The translations under genes were made by a program, and so were the position numbers. 64,000 nt of DNA from Octopus vulgaris (Eukaryota). Positions 37,883 to 51,453 of the stretch are shown piece after piece. The notes under the pieces were generated by a model that saw only the letters and a program-made list of their open reading frames with translations, was not told the DNA's origin and did no database searches. Each line of letters opens with the position of its first letter. The first letter of the stretch is position 1. The DNA is taken from contig OX597814.1 of NCBI GenBank assembly GCA_951406725.2, forward strand, positions 128,960,001-129,024,000. The letters are read 5' to 3'.

Positions 37883-38440
37883 TCCTTCCCCTGCTTTCCC
37901 TTCTTTCTTTCCTTCCTAAAAACCAACCATCGACAACAAATGAATACAGTTTGGTAACATACCATGCTATCACCAGTAGTTTTAGGTGCTTGTGTAGCTA
38001 TGACCAGGCATAAAACACTTTCTTTCCCAGCCTTTGACCTAGCAGCACATCCAGGATGTGACAGCTGGGAGGAGTGAGAGCTGCATCAATTCTACTTGTC
38101 TGGTACTCATTTTTGGCAGTGTAGACTGGAGCAACATGATATGAAGTGCTTTGCACAAGAACACAATACACTATCTTGTACAGGAAGTGAACCCGCGACA
38201 TTATGACGGTCAGCTGAACACTTTAACCTCTAGGCTATGTACCTTTCTGTGTGTGTATGTATAAATCTATACATACACACATAAACATGCACACACACAT
38301 ATATAACATTTTTCATGAGTGTATGTGTGTATATACACATACACACACACATATATATATAGTTTCTATCTTTTACTTGTTTCAGTTGTTAGACTGTGAT
38401 CATACTTGGGCACTATCTTTGAAGAATTTTTAGTTGAATG

Positions 38441-38833
38441 GCATAGGAGTGGCTGTGTGTTAAGTAGCTTCCTTACCAACCTCATGGTTCCGGGTTCAGT
38501 CCCATGGTGTGACACTGTGTGGCACCTTGGGAAAATGTCTTCTATTATAGCCACAGGCCGACCAATGCCTTGTGAATAGATTTGGTAGATGGAAACTGAA
38601 AGAAGCCCATCGTATATGTGTGTGTATACATTTGTGTGTCTGTATATGTCCCCCCAACATCGCTTGACAACCGATGCTGGTGTGTTTACATCCCCGTAAC
38701 TTAGTGGTTTGGCACAAGAGACCGATAGAATAAGTATTAGGCTTACAAAGAATAAGTCGATTTGCTCGACTAAAGGCGGTGCTCCAGCATGGCCACAGTC
38801 AAATGACTGAAACAAGTAAAAGAGTAAAAGAGA
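38441..38833 (+). mobile_element. SINE family A nested in an older minus-strand copy (~38365-39090)
   Basis: Complete head to tail; flanked by 'gaatg/gaat' and by reverse family A segments. Confidence 0.85.
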
Positions 38834-39482
38834 ATGAATCAACTGTAGTTTTTATTGGATTTTTGTTTTTTTAACCTAAGTTGCAGGGATGTAACTTGTC
38901 AAGTGGTGGGTGGAGGGCAAACATACATAGATATACATATGATGGGTATCTCTCATTTTCCATCTACTAAATCCACTCACAAGACTTTGGTCAGCTTGAG
39001 GCTATAGTAAAAGACAATTGCCCAAAGTGTCACATAGTGGGACTGAACCAAGAACCATGTGATTTGGGAGCAAACTTCATACAATGCAGCCATATATATA
39101 TAATCATCACCATCATACATCCATTTTCCATGGTGGCATGGGTTGGATGGTTTGACTGAGGTCTGGAAAGCCAGTGACTGCACCAGGCTCCAATCTGATC
39201 TGGCAGAGTTTCTACAGCTGGATGCCCTTCCTAATGCCAACTACTCCAAGTGTGTAGTGGGTGCTTTTTATGTGCCACCAATGGAGGGAGTAAATCAATT
39301 ACATAAACCTTAATGTTCAACTGGTACTTATTTTATCAACCCTGAAAGAATGAAAGACAAAATCAACCTCAGTGGAATTTAAGCTCAGAACCTGGAAGAA
39401 ATGCAGTTAAATGTTTCATCCAACTCACTAATGATTCTGTCGATTTGCGACATATGAGTGATTAAAATTAATAATAGTAGTT

Positions 39483-39900
39483 ACTCTTTTACTCTTTTCA
39501 ATCATTTGACTGCGGCCATGCTGGAGCACCGCCTTTAGTCAAGCAAACCGACCCCAGGACTTATTCTTTGTAAGCCTACTACTTATTCTACCAGTCTCTT
39601 TTGCTGAACTGCTAAGTAACAGGGATGTAAACACACCAGCATTGGTTGTCAAGCGATGTTGGGGGAACAAACACAGACACACATACATATATACACATAT
39701 ACGACGGGCTTCTTTCAGTTTCCGTCTACCAAATCCACTCACAAGGCTTTGGTCAGCCCAAGGCTTTGGTCAACCCAAGGCTTTGGTCAGCCCAAGGCTA
39801 TAGTAGAAGACACTTGCCCAAGGTGCCACGCAGTGGGAACGAACCCAGAACCATGTGGTTGGAAAGCAAGCTACTTACCACACAGCCGCTCCTGCGCCTA
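39483..39900 (-). mobile_element. SINE family A with an internal 17-bp triplication
   Basis: caaggctttggtca(g/a)cc x3 at ~39741-39791. Confidence 0.9.
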
Positions 39901-40394
39901 TTTAAAACCTGCCTTATTTAAAACTTTCAGCATAAATCAACAAATTTTTGACAGGAACAGTGTATAGTAGATGGGATTGAACAGCAATATGGTAGGGTTC
40001 TTTATTTCATCAACCTTACTAGAGAGAACAACAAAGTTTGCTACATTAATATTTGAACTTAGAATGCAAAGGTTCATGCATGACTAAATGCCACCAGGCT
40101 TTTAGTCATGCATATCCCTTTATATATTACATGCTTTTTTTTTCTGGCAATTCTGCTGATTTCTACTTTTTTGTCATCCACTGCTCGTCAAATAAAAGTA
40201 ATTTCTAATTTTTGTTCCCAACTCACAAATGAAAATCAATTCAATGGATGCCTCATGTAATGGTTTCTGATTTAGACTCATGACCAACATTTTTCAGATG
40301 AGGAGATTAGTTGATATCATCAGCTACTTTTTATTGCCTTTTAAAGGATGAAAACCGAAAGATCCTTCTTTCCCTTATACCCTTACTCTTTCTC

Positions 40395-40608
40395 TCTCTT
40401 TTACATGTTTCAGTCATTTGACTGCTGCCATGCTGGAGTCCCACCTTTAGTGGAGCAAATCGACCCCAGGACTTATTCTTTGTAAGCCTAGTACTTATTC
40501 TATCAGTCGTTTTTGCCGAACCGCTAAGTTACGGGGACGCAAACACACCACCATCAGTTATCAAGTGATGTTGGGGGGACAAACACAGACACAAACATAT
40601 ACACACAC

Positions 40609-40662
<54 letters not shown>

Positions 40663-40826
40663 GACAGGCTTCTTTCGGTTTCTGTCTACCAAATCCACTC
40701 ACAAGGCTTTGGTCGGCCCGAGGCTATAATAGAAGACACTTGCCCAAGGTGCCATGCAGTGAGACTGAACCCTGAACTATGTGGTTGGTAAGCAAGCTAC
40801 TTACCACCCAACCACTCCTGCGTCTA
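40395..40826 (-). mobile_element. SINE family A
   Basis: Complete reverse copy. Confidence 0.9.
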
Positions 40827-41720
40827 CTTTCTATTTTATTCCTTCAGTAAGATGGTTTGTATATGCAGCCATGTGAGATAGGAATTACTTTAGGTGTGTG
40901 TAGTAAGTCCTAAGAGAAAGGGGCTGCAAAGTTTCAGTTGCATATATAAGATATACTTTCATTAGCATCATTATGATATGCCTGTGAAAATATTAAGCAC
41001 CAGAAAAGATAGCAAAAATAGTGGTGAGGATATTTTGCAGTAAGTCCGTAAAAATCTCTACTTGATCAATTCTGGCTGTCACAATCAGCGTGATTGTCAT
41101 CATCATCATCGTTGTTGATATTGTTATGCTAATCTTAAACATTTTAATGTTTGCCTTTTCTACACTATCATGGGTTAGACAAGGACTTATAATAATAAAC
41201 AAATACACATACAAATATATAAAAAAAGAAGTGAGCTAAGGGAACTAACTTAAGTGTGTCAATGCCAAGAATTTGAATAATTCTAGGAGGTGGTGATGTC
41301 GGGAATGAAGTCCACAAAAAATTTTCAATGAATTGAAATTTGCCTTTTAGAGAAAAGAAAACAAAAATCTTGCAAAATTTTTAACCACTAAAATAATAAT
41401 AATAAAAAATAAATGAAATAAAAACTAAAAATAAAAAGATAATTAATTCAGAATTAATTTCACAGAAAATTAAATTTTCATGTAAGGAGAAGGGGAGAAA
41501 ATTTGATCTTTGTTAGCAGGCATAGTAATGGCTATAGTTATGTACACATGTGTGTATATATGTATATATATTTGTATTTATGTGTGTGTAAGTGTGTATC
41601 TAAATGTGTATGTGTGCATATATATATATATACTTGTGTGTATATTATGTCATACATATGTACGTTTTTCTTAAACAGTAAATATATACCCAACTGTATA
41701 TTATTGTGTGTGTCTATCAT

Positions 41721-41770
<50 letters not shown>

Positions 41771-42862
41771 GCATTTTTTTTTTATTGAAACATACTTCAT
41801 AACACTATTAAGTAAAGCAAAGAAAATTATGTAAATTTATGTTCATAAGCCTGATAATATCAAAGATAATGATGACTGGGTTGTGAATAGTCTGGTGATA
41901 GACATTGATTACATTTTGATAATTGTTCAATAATAAAGATGATGGGTGGGTGAGTGGCGTTAATGTTTAGCCACAGGTCAATCTTGATTGAGCTGACATA
42001 TAATCAAAGGCTCTCCAGCCATGAACACCCTGTTGTTTGAAGGGGTATGTCTAGGGTATCTTTCATTTATATAAGATAGCGTGAGGTGATTTGAGGGAGA
42101 TTTGGCTATTATTTCTAGCAAAATTGGTAGAGTGGTGGACAAAAATGACTTTGCAGTAGTTCTTTGTTACATTGTTAGTTCAAGTCCCGTTGATGTCAAC
42201 TTTGCTTTTCATCTTTCTGGGATCAATAAAATAAAGTATCATTCAAGTGCTGGAGTCGATATAATTGACTTTAGCCTTTGGCCCAAATTTTTGATCTTGT
42301 GCCCATGTGAGAAATCAATAATTATTCATTGAAGTTAGGCTAACAGAGTTCACCTTAACAGACTTGGTGTGTAGCAGAAGCAGCAAAGTGTTGCATTATG
42401 GTATTTAGTTATCTATTTGCCACTGTCCTTCGCACTCATGTGAACTTACTTACCTACCTATATTTACTTATATTCACCTTCCTGTAACTTGAGAGGATAT
42501 CTTGACACATCTTCACCATCTTTCCTTTCCAACTGAAGTTACAATGTAATTCTCAATTGCAAGATGCTTGTTCTTGTCTCTTTATCATACTTTAGTCTCC
42601 CATCACTTGGCCTAAAGCCACCTCCCTCAATACCACTCCCAACTCAGTTGAGGAGGGTCTTGTCTTATGAGTTACTTGGTGACCCCCTTCCACTAGAGCT
42701 GGTGTTTCATAAAAAGCACCCAGTACAGTATGTGAAGTGATCAGGAAGAATATCTAGCAATAGAAACGAAACCAAAACAGACATAAGTGTTTGGTGCAGT
42801 CCTCTGTCTGGCTTGCCAGCTCCTGCACAACTCCCCAACCTATGCCAGCATGAAAATGATGG

Positions 42863-42899
<37 letters not shown>

Positions 42900-42900
<1 letters not shown>

Positions 42901-43160
42901 GAAAAAAGCCCATCGTATATATGTATATATATATTTGCATGTGTGTGAGTATGTTTGTGTGTCCGTGTTTGTCCCCTCCAACATCACTTGACAACCGATG
43001 CTGGTGTGTTTACGTCCCCGTAACTTAGCGGTTCGGCAAAAGAGACTAATAGAATAAGTACTAGGCTTACAAAGAATAAGTCCTGGGGGCGATTTGTTTG
43101 ACTAAAGGTAGTGCTTCAGCATGGCCGCAGTCAATGACTGAAACAAATAAAAGAATAAAA
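42900..43160 (+). mobile_element. SINE family A, 3' half
   Basis: Microsatellite plus tail. Confidence 0.85.
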
Positions 43161-43489
43161 GTATACATAGATTGGTCATCAACTACATTAATTTTACAGA
43201 CCTAGAAGGGTCGATGTCATCTTTGATGAACTTATAGAGACAGAAAATAATCTATTGTATTGGTCCACTCTGACATCCCTACTACAACACTAGAACTAGA
43301 CTGCTAAACTTATACTAAGCTGATACTTCATATAACAATACCAGTGGGCATGGTTGTCACTTGAGTATTCAGCACCACAGGCCTTCTCCCAGCTCTACGA
43401 TAAGTGCCCCCCTTTGCATCGTCATATAATTTGCACCCCTTTCTTAGAGTCCTACAATACGTACCCCTTCTCTCAACCTTAGAATGTGC

Positions 43490-43795
43490 ACTTATTCTAT
43501 CAGTCTCATTTGCCGAACGACTTAGTTACAGGGACATAAACACACCAACGTCAGTTGTCAAGTGATGGTGGGGGTACAAACACAGAAACACACACACATA
43601 CATACATACATACATACATACGCATATATATACACACGACGGGCTCCTTTCAGTTCTGTCTGCCAAATCCACTTACAAGGCTTTTGGTTGGCTCGAGGCC
43701 ATAGTAGAAAACACTTGCCCAAGGTGCCATGCAGTGAACCCAGAACCATGTGGTTGGTAAGCAAGCTACTTACTACAGAGCAACTCCTGCACCTA
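43490..43795 (-). mobile_element. SINE family A, tail-truncated
   Basis: Reverse head and core. Confidence 0.8.
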
Positions 43796-44499
43796 TGTAT
43801 GCCCAGTGTTTATAGAAAATGTGTGGACATAGAAGTCCAGAGGGATATTGCTGTGGGGAAGAAGAAATAAATGAAATGCTTAGCACAGGGTTTGGTCCAG
43901 TTAAATTATACCCCTTCCCTGCCCATGAACAGACAGACCCAGCAAATTTATGGCTTTGTTCCAATACGAGAAATCGATATATCTAGTTTTACTATCACTG
44001 TTCTAAGGTTCAAAAACAGTGCACAGTTACAATAAGTCTATCATCTCTCTCTCTCTCCTTTTCTTTCCGTCTCAAATACCAGTTAAACAATGGGGAATTG
44101 ATTTTATTCAGTATAGTAAATTATATTTATTCAAATGAGGGCAGTCAAGGTTAGTAGAATTTAGTGAAATTGTTATGGTATTGGCTTTAAGGCATCTTAT
44201 TCGGTGTACTTAATGTCTTGGGCGTAAATCCTACAGAAGTGAATAAATAAATTAAAATTTTATTCTATTTCTTCTGGCTTGATAAAATAACATTCAGTTA
44301 TTTGGGCTGATTCAATCAAATTTACTCCTCCTCCTCCAACAAAAATTGGAAATCAATAATTTGTTTTATTCAAGAAATAGAGATTCGATAGAGTAAGATA
44401 TCATGCTGTGTGCTCAGTAGTATCACATTCAGAGGTTTCTCTGACGTGAGTTCAAACTTCACCCAATATTATTTTTACGTTCTTTTGAAATTATGTATA

Positions 44500-44900
44500 T
44501 AGGTGTAGGAGTGGCTGTGTGATAAGCAGCTTGCTTACCAGCCACATGGTTCCGGGTTCAGTCCCACTGCATGGCACCTTGGGCAAGTGTCTTCTACTAT
44601 AGCCTCATGCCGACCAAAGCCTTTTGAGTGGATTTGGTAGACGGAAACTGAAAGAATCCCATCGTATATATGTGTGTGTGTGTGTATGTTTGTGTGTCTG
44701 TGTTTGTCCCCGCAACATCACTTGACAATCGATGCTGGTGTGCTTACGTCCCCGTCACTTAGCAGTTCAGCAAAAGAGACTGATAGAATAAGTACTAGGC
44801 TTACAAAGAATAAGTCCTGGGGTCGATTTGCTCGACTAATGGTGGTGCTCCAGCATGGCCACAGTCACATGACTGAAACAAATAAAAGAGTAAAAGAGAG
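44500..44900 (+). mobile_element. SINE family A
   Basis: Complete copy. Confidence 0.9.
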
Positions 44901-45281
44901 ATACTACTTGTATATATATGCAAAATATGTATATTCTACATACGTAAAGTATGTCCAAAAGATAAGGAGTGGAATGGGTAAAATAAAAAACACCAAACAT
45001 TTCATAACAAGCTGAAGTTTCTTACATAACAAGTATTGAACGCAAAACGTCTTAGTTAATCTTCAGTCTTTGTTACCTCAACAGTTTCCATATATATTAT
45101 ACATACTTTATATGCCATTGACTATGTACCATCATCAAATGTCAAAATTGTTACCTTTCACTTACAGTATTTTCTTCATATTTTACCATTAAAACTCTGT
45201 TTTTACCTCTCTCTAGCTTGCCAGTCATTTAAAGATCTGTCAGAAAATTAAAATACTTAACCCTTATAATATTAAAAAAAT

Positions 45282-45346
45282 AATAATGAAATTATTGTAT
45301 ACAGTGCTCAGGTGCACTACAACTTGTCAAAAGTCCGTTAAAGCAT
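45282..45346 (-). mobile_element. CR1 extreme 3' end
   Basis: Reverse complement of the last ~65 nt of 28238-28924. Confidence 0.75.
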
Positions 45347-45835
45347 AGCTCTAGGCCCCCAAACATTTATACATCACACAACCTTTTCAACTGTATCCCA
45401 TTTTCTCAACTCTGTCATTAATCCTTTCTCCTTTCATTCCTTGCCTTGCTTCCTTATCTTTTCCTCTTACACATCCTGCATCCCTCCACTTAGGATCATT
45501 GCCCATTCTCTTTTATGCTCCCTCAGTTATGGGGGCAACTTTAGGCCCTTAGCCCTGAAAATCATGAGGTAATCAACACTGGTGTTGGTGGCACAAAAAA
45601 GAAACAAACACCCAGTACAGTCAGTAAAGTGGTTGGTGTTAGAAAGGGCTACCAGCTGTAGAAACAATACCAACTGTTTCATGCATGACATAGCCCTTTC
45701 ACTTGTCAGATCCTGTCAAACTTCCCAAACCATGTACACATGGAAGATGGCCATTGAATGATGATGATATTGTCAGGATTGTAGCATGAGAGAAATGGAA
45801 GACAGACACAACAATCTTCAGTAATACAATGCAAT

Positions 45836-46050
45836 CTTCTTCTTACAGCATTCACCCGGGGTTGGTTGGACTGGCTTCATTTATCCTCAATGCTGCATAT
45901 CTCACAAATGCCGACCAGGCCTGGCGATTTGAGGCTAACGACCGCGTGATCTCCAACCACTCCTTATTTCAGCAACGAACGCCGTAGATATGGGGGCCTA
46001 GGTTGGGTTCCAGATCAGCCTTGACCGTCATTAGCCAGATTTGATGGCTG
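45836..46050 (-). mobile_element. RTE-clade LINE 3' end
   Basis: Minus strand reads IWLMTVKADLEPNLGPHIYGVRC*NKEWLEITRSLASNRQAWSAFVR...PTNPG*; (AAG)n tail; probable TSD caatgc(a/t)at at 45827-45835 and 46051-46059. Confidence 0.75.
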
Positions 46051-46299
46051 CAATGCTATGCTAATAATTAGATTATGACAACTAACAAGACCCATGAAAA
46101 TTCTGTTTTAGAAATGTTTTTCTTTCATTTTGGTGCATAAATTTATTGATCTTCATAACATCATTTCATTATGTTTCTATTATATAAAATAATTATGAAC
46201 TTATTATATACTGTGCTCAAGTACATTACAACTCATTGATATATACTAAGAGAGGGATAGAAAGCAGCAGTAATCATGTAAATAAAGACAGCAATGAAA

Positions 46300-46530
46300 A
46301 GCGGTGAGTTGGCAGAAATGTTAGCGTGCCGGGCGAAATGCTTAGCGGTATTTCATCTCCCATTACGTTTTGAGTTCAAATTTCACCAAGGTCAACTTTG
46401 CCTTTCATCCTTTCAGGGTCAATAAATAAGGTACCAGTTATGCACTGAGGTTGATATAATTGACTTAATCCGTTTGTCTGTCCTTGTTTGTCCCCTCTAT
46501 GTTTAGCCCCTTGTTGGCAATAAAAAAATT
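46300..46530 (+). mobile_element. SINE family B
   Basis: Full head, core and tail. Confidence 0.85.
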
Positions 46531-46827
46531 AAAATGAAGGCCAAAAATGCATGGTATAGTACACGAGATACAACACAAGTCAAAGAAATGACCTATGAAA
46601 AAAAAAGCCACAAAGAAAAAAAAGGGAGGCATAGGCACATCTGGAGTAGTATTTACAAATTTTGGGAAGCACGGAATTTTTAAAAGATGCAGTATCCTGA
46701 CAGCTAACAAGTGATACAAATGGTTTATTTCATACTTTGATAGTTCTGAATATGTGTGTGTTTATGTTGCACTGAGTCTCTTGGCTTTTTCACAAAACAG
46801 TCTGACAAAGTTCAATAAAGTAGATAC

Positions 46828-47060
46828 CTATTTCTTTACTACCCACAAGGGGCTAAACATAGAGGGGACAAACAAGGACAGACAAATGGATTAAGTCGAT
46901 TATATCGACCCCAGTCCATAACTGGTACTTAATTTATCGAACCTGAAAGGATGAAAGGCAAAGTTGACCTCGGCGGAATTTGAACTCAGAACGTAACGGC
47001 AGGCAAAATACGGCTATGCATTTCGCCCGGCATGCTAACGTTTCTACCAGCTCGCCACCT
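46828..47060 (-). mobile_element. SINE family B
   Basis: Full reverse copy. Confidence 0.85.
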
Positions 47061-47542
47061 TAATAAAGTACGTACCAGATAGAAATAAATACTGTGGTTG
47101 ATATGCTTGAATAATCTCTTTAAAGGTGGTGCCCCAGAATGGCCAGTGAACAATGTTTAAAACCATTTAAAAAAAAGTCAAAGAGCATTTAACCATTCTT
47201 CTACAATAGTAGGTATTTTATTTTGCTGAGTCAGGAAAACTTAATATTTATTTAACTAAGGTATAAGATTATTCTTGTCACATTCTGCTATTAACACTGG
47301 GGTTTGGTAGCAAAGAAAACGTTTGCCAGGGTCTCCCTTCTGAAATTATATAGCCTGTATCAGATCTCATTATTAGTTAGCATTTGGTGGGGAGTTATGA
47401 CATAGTCTCTAGTTTGTTGTTTATTTTCTTTTACTTTGAGGGTGGTGATGGAGGTTTGGAGTTTATCCATTAATCAACAACCACTGAGATCACTTAACAT
47501 CAGCTCAGCACTCTGATGGACTACCACCTCTACTTACACTCC

Positions 47543-47580
<38 letters not shown>

Positions 47581-47601
47581 CTTCACTCCCTCTCTTTGAC
47601 C

Positions 47602-47637
<36 letters not shown>

Positions 47638-47719
47638 ATTGCTTTTTCTGCCTCTTATTCACTCATTCTCTAGCACTCACTTACCCTTCAGCATCTACTC
47701 ACACTCTCCAATACAAATT

Positions 47720-48618
47720 TATTCACTGATGCACCAACTCATTCACATACATACCAACTCATTTGCAGATGCACCAACTCATTTGCAGATGCACCAACTC
47801 ATTTGCAGATGCACCAACTCATTCACAGACACACCAACTCATTCACAGATGCACCAACTCATTCACAGATGCACCAACTCATTCGCAGATGCACCAACTC
47901 ATTCACAGATGCACCAACTCATTCACAGATGCACCAACTCATTCACAGATGCACCAACTCATTCACAGACACACCAACTCATTCACAGACGCACCAACTC
48001 ATTCACTGATGCACCAACTCATTTTGCAGATGCACCAACTCATTCACAGATGCACCAACTCATTCACAGATGCACCAACTCATTCACATACATACCAACT
48101 CATTCACAGACACACCAACTCATTCACAGACACACCAACTCATTCACATACATACCAACTCATTTGCAGATGCACCAACTCATTCACTGATGCACCAACT
48201 CATTCACTGATGCACCAACTCATTTGCAGATGCACCAACTCATTCACATACATACCACTCATTCACAGACACACCAACTCATTCACAGATGCACCAACTC
48301 ATTCACAGATGCACCAACTCATTCACAGACACACCAACTCATTCACAGATGCACCAACTCATTCACAGACACACCAACTCATTCACAGATGCACCAACTC
48401 ATTCACTGATGCACTAACTCATTTTGCAGATGCTCCAACTCATTCACAGATGCACCAACTCATTCACATACATACCACTCATTCACAGACACACCAACTC
48501 ATTCACAGACACACCAACTCATTCACAGACGCACCAACTCATTTACATACATACCACTCATTCACAGACACACCAACTCATTCACAGACGCACCAACTCA
48601 TTCACAGATGCACCAACT
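47720..48618. repeat. 20-bp minisatellite (GATGCACCAACTCATTCACA)n, about 45 units
   Basis: Tandem units with recurring variants (gacacacc, tacatacc, tttgca); no unique spacers. Confidence 0.95.
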
Positions 48619-49242
48619 TGCTCCCATACACTATCACATGTTCACAAATTCACTCAGACACTTTCCAAGACATCACATACAAACAACTTCCATCTCTGAA
48701 ATAATACAGTCTCTTTATTGTCTCTAACATAAAATAATATAGACCCAGGAATCTCTCTATTTCTTACTCTCTCTCTCTCTCTCTCTCTGAGAAATTAATA
48801 CACCAATACACACACACACTCCTCTCTTCCTCTCTCTCACATACATTTATGAAATATACACACTAAATTTAATAACATCTTTACTCCAATGCCCACCAAC
48901 AACACCAAAAACAAAAACAACTGCATCACCAAAAGCAAAAGCAATAACCACCATTCTAGCTTTCCATCTCTTAAAATAATCTTAAAATAAGGAGGTAAAA
49001 CAAACTACAGGACTACAATAACAAAACAAACAAACTCTGAAAGTCAGCAGTTTTTTTGTTCAGTATTTTTTCAGGGGGGAGGAGAAGGGTTGTATTTTCG
49101 TTTTAATTTGTTTCCTTTTTCACATTTAACACATATCGAACCACTGAGAGGACTTCAACTTGCTCACTAGACTTGTTAGATGGAACAGCCAAAATCTCCC
49201 TCGAGTCACACTGTACTGTCATAAATAAGGGAAGATAAATAA

Positions 49243-49570
49243 ATATACTGTTGTGTCTGGGGAGAGTCATTTTCTTTTTGTGTCTTATAATTTAACACAT
49301 TCACTGGTAAAATTTCCACTTATTTCTTATTTTTATTTTCCTAAAATTTTCGTCGCATCTTGCAACCGTTTCAATAGTCTTGACTCTCAAGACTATTGAA
49401 AAGTTTGCAAGACGCAACGAAAATTTTAAAGAAATAAGTGGAAATTTTACTGGTGAGTGTGTTACATTATAAGGCACAAAAAGAAAATGACTTTCCCCAG
49501 ACACAACAGAATATGCTTCAACACACAAACTCATATAAAGAATCTTGTAAAGCAAATCCAAAAATGAAAT
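49243..49570. repeat. Fold-back palindrome of the 9285-9480 repeat family
   Basis: 49248-49383 pairs with 49387-49509, 3-nt loop CTC, one ~13-nt indel. Confidence 0.9.
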
Positions 49571-49954
49571 ATAAATTAATATAGTTAACCCATGCTAGCA
49601 TGGAAAGCGGACGCTAAATGATGAATGAATGATGATACTTATTCAATATCTTACAAAGATGGGATGGTCATAGCTGGATAACCTTTGATCATAAGCCTAC
49701 TCAGTCAGGACTGACATGTTGCCAAACAAAAAGTAGCCTACATATATGTTTGTATGTATCTATATATGCATGGGTAGGGGCCATTTCAACTTTTTAGGCC
49801 CCTGGACACTATGGTTAGTCTACATTGCTTTGTAAGGAGCATAGGGTTGGTTTCCTGGTTTCTCTGGACTGGAAGTGGACTAGAGCAATATGAAATGAAG
49901 TATCTTGCTCAAGAACACACTGCATCACACAGTTCAAGAATTGAAACTACAATC

Positions 49955-50120
49955 ATAGGTGCATGAATGGCTGTGAGGTAAGTAGCTTGCTTACCAACCG
50001 CATGGTTCCAGGTTCAGTCCCACTGTGTAGCATCTTGGGCAAGTTTCTTCTACTCTAGCCTCAGGCTGACCAAAGCCTTGTGAGTGGATTTGGTAGATGG
50101 AAACTGAAAGAAGCCTGTCG

Positions 50121-50157
<37 letters not shown>

Positions 50158-50352
50158 TTGTGTGCTCATATGGTGCCATGTTAAAAGCGCACAGCCCACA
50201 CTATAAAGTGGTTGGCATTAGGAAGGGCATCCAGCTGTAGAAATCAAGCAAAATCAGACTGGAACTTTGAGCAGCTCTCCAGCTTGCCAGCTCCAGTCAA
50301 ACCGTCCAATCCATGCCAGCATTGAAAATGGATGATGAAGGATGATGATGAA
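49955..50352 (+). mobile_element. Chimeric SINE: family A head and microsatellite with family C tail
   Basis: A head 49955-50120, (TA)(TG), then 'gtggttggcattaggaagggcatccagc...gatgatg'. Confidence 0.7.
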
Positions 50353-50395
50353 AGAGTCTTGACCTTTCCATTCATATTAGAATGAGTTTGTAAGC

Positions 50396-50784
50396 TGGCC
50401 CCTGTGCTGATGGCATGTAAAAAACACCATTCAAGCGTGATCGTTACCTGCATCGCCTTAATGGCACTTGTGCTAGTGGCACGTGAAAAAACACTTGAGC
50501 GAGGTCATCGCCAGTGCCGCTGGACTGGCTCCTGTGCAGGTGGCACATAAAAGCACCATTTGAGCGTGGCTGTTGCCAGTACCGCCTGACTGGCCCTCGT
50601 GCTGGTGGCACATAAAAGCACCCACTACACTCTCGGAGTGGTTGGCATTCAGAAGGGCATCCAGCTGTAGAAACTCTGCCAGATCAGATTGGAGTCTGGT
50701 GCAGCCATCTGGTTCACCAGACCTCAGTCAAATCGTCCAACCTATGCTAGCATGGAAAGCGGACGTTAAACGATGATGATGATG
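50396..50784 (+). mobile_element. Family C retroposon
   Basis: Matches 25216-25615. Confidence 0.85.
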
Positions 50785-51219
50785 TTGTGTGAAGTTACAA
50801 TGGCCATGAGCTTAACCTGCTTTACTTTATTGATCATAGGTTCATAAGTTCAGTTCTTACTACTGTAGTGTGTTGTGCTCCTGATCAAACACCTCATTCT
50901 GCTACTTCTACTTTTATGAGAATGACAAGACACATCATTGACAAGGATGGTCCCAAAAGGCCAAAGGGTGTCTGATGTTCTTGTGAGTCGTGTTCATCTT
51001 ACTCTGGTATGTGTTGTGTTTTTAACATGTCTATGAAGAGATTTTCTCTCAGACAGAAAATGACAACATCATGCCTTTGGTAGCAGGAAGTTCATCTGGC
51101 CATAGTAGATCTACTTCAATAAACTCCATCCGACCCACCAGGAAAAGTGGATGTTAAAAAGGATCAAGCCAGCTATGGAGGTATGTGCCATTGTAGTGTG
51201 TCACTGCATCCACTGATGC

Positions 51220-51453
51220 CAGCGGCAAGCTGGCAGAAACGTTAGCACGCCGGGCAAAATGCTGAGCGGTGTTTCGTCTGCCATTACATTCTGAGTTCAA
51301 ATTCTGCTGAAGTCAACTTTGCCTTTCATCCTTTCGGGGTCGATAAATTAAGTAGCAGTTACGCACTGGGGTCAATGTAATCGACTTAATCCCTTTGTCT
51401 GTCCTTGTTTGTCCCCTCTACGTTTAGGCCCTTGTGGGCAATAATGAAATAAG
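51220..51453 (+). mobile_element. SINE family B
   Basis: Full copy. Confidence 0.85.

Noticed and set aside
47720-48618. CRISPR-like array or 313-aa repeat protein
   Set aside because: Contiguous tandem units with no unique spacers, no cas genes and a eukaryotic context; ORFs follow from a stop-free unit
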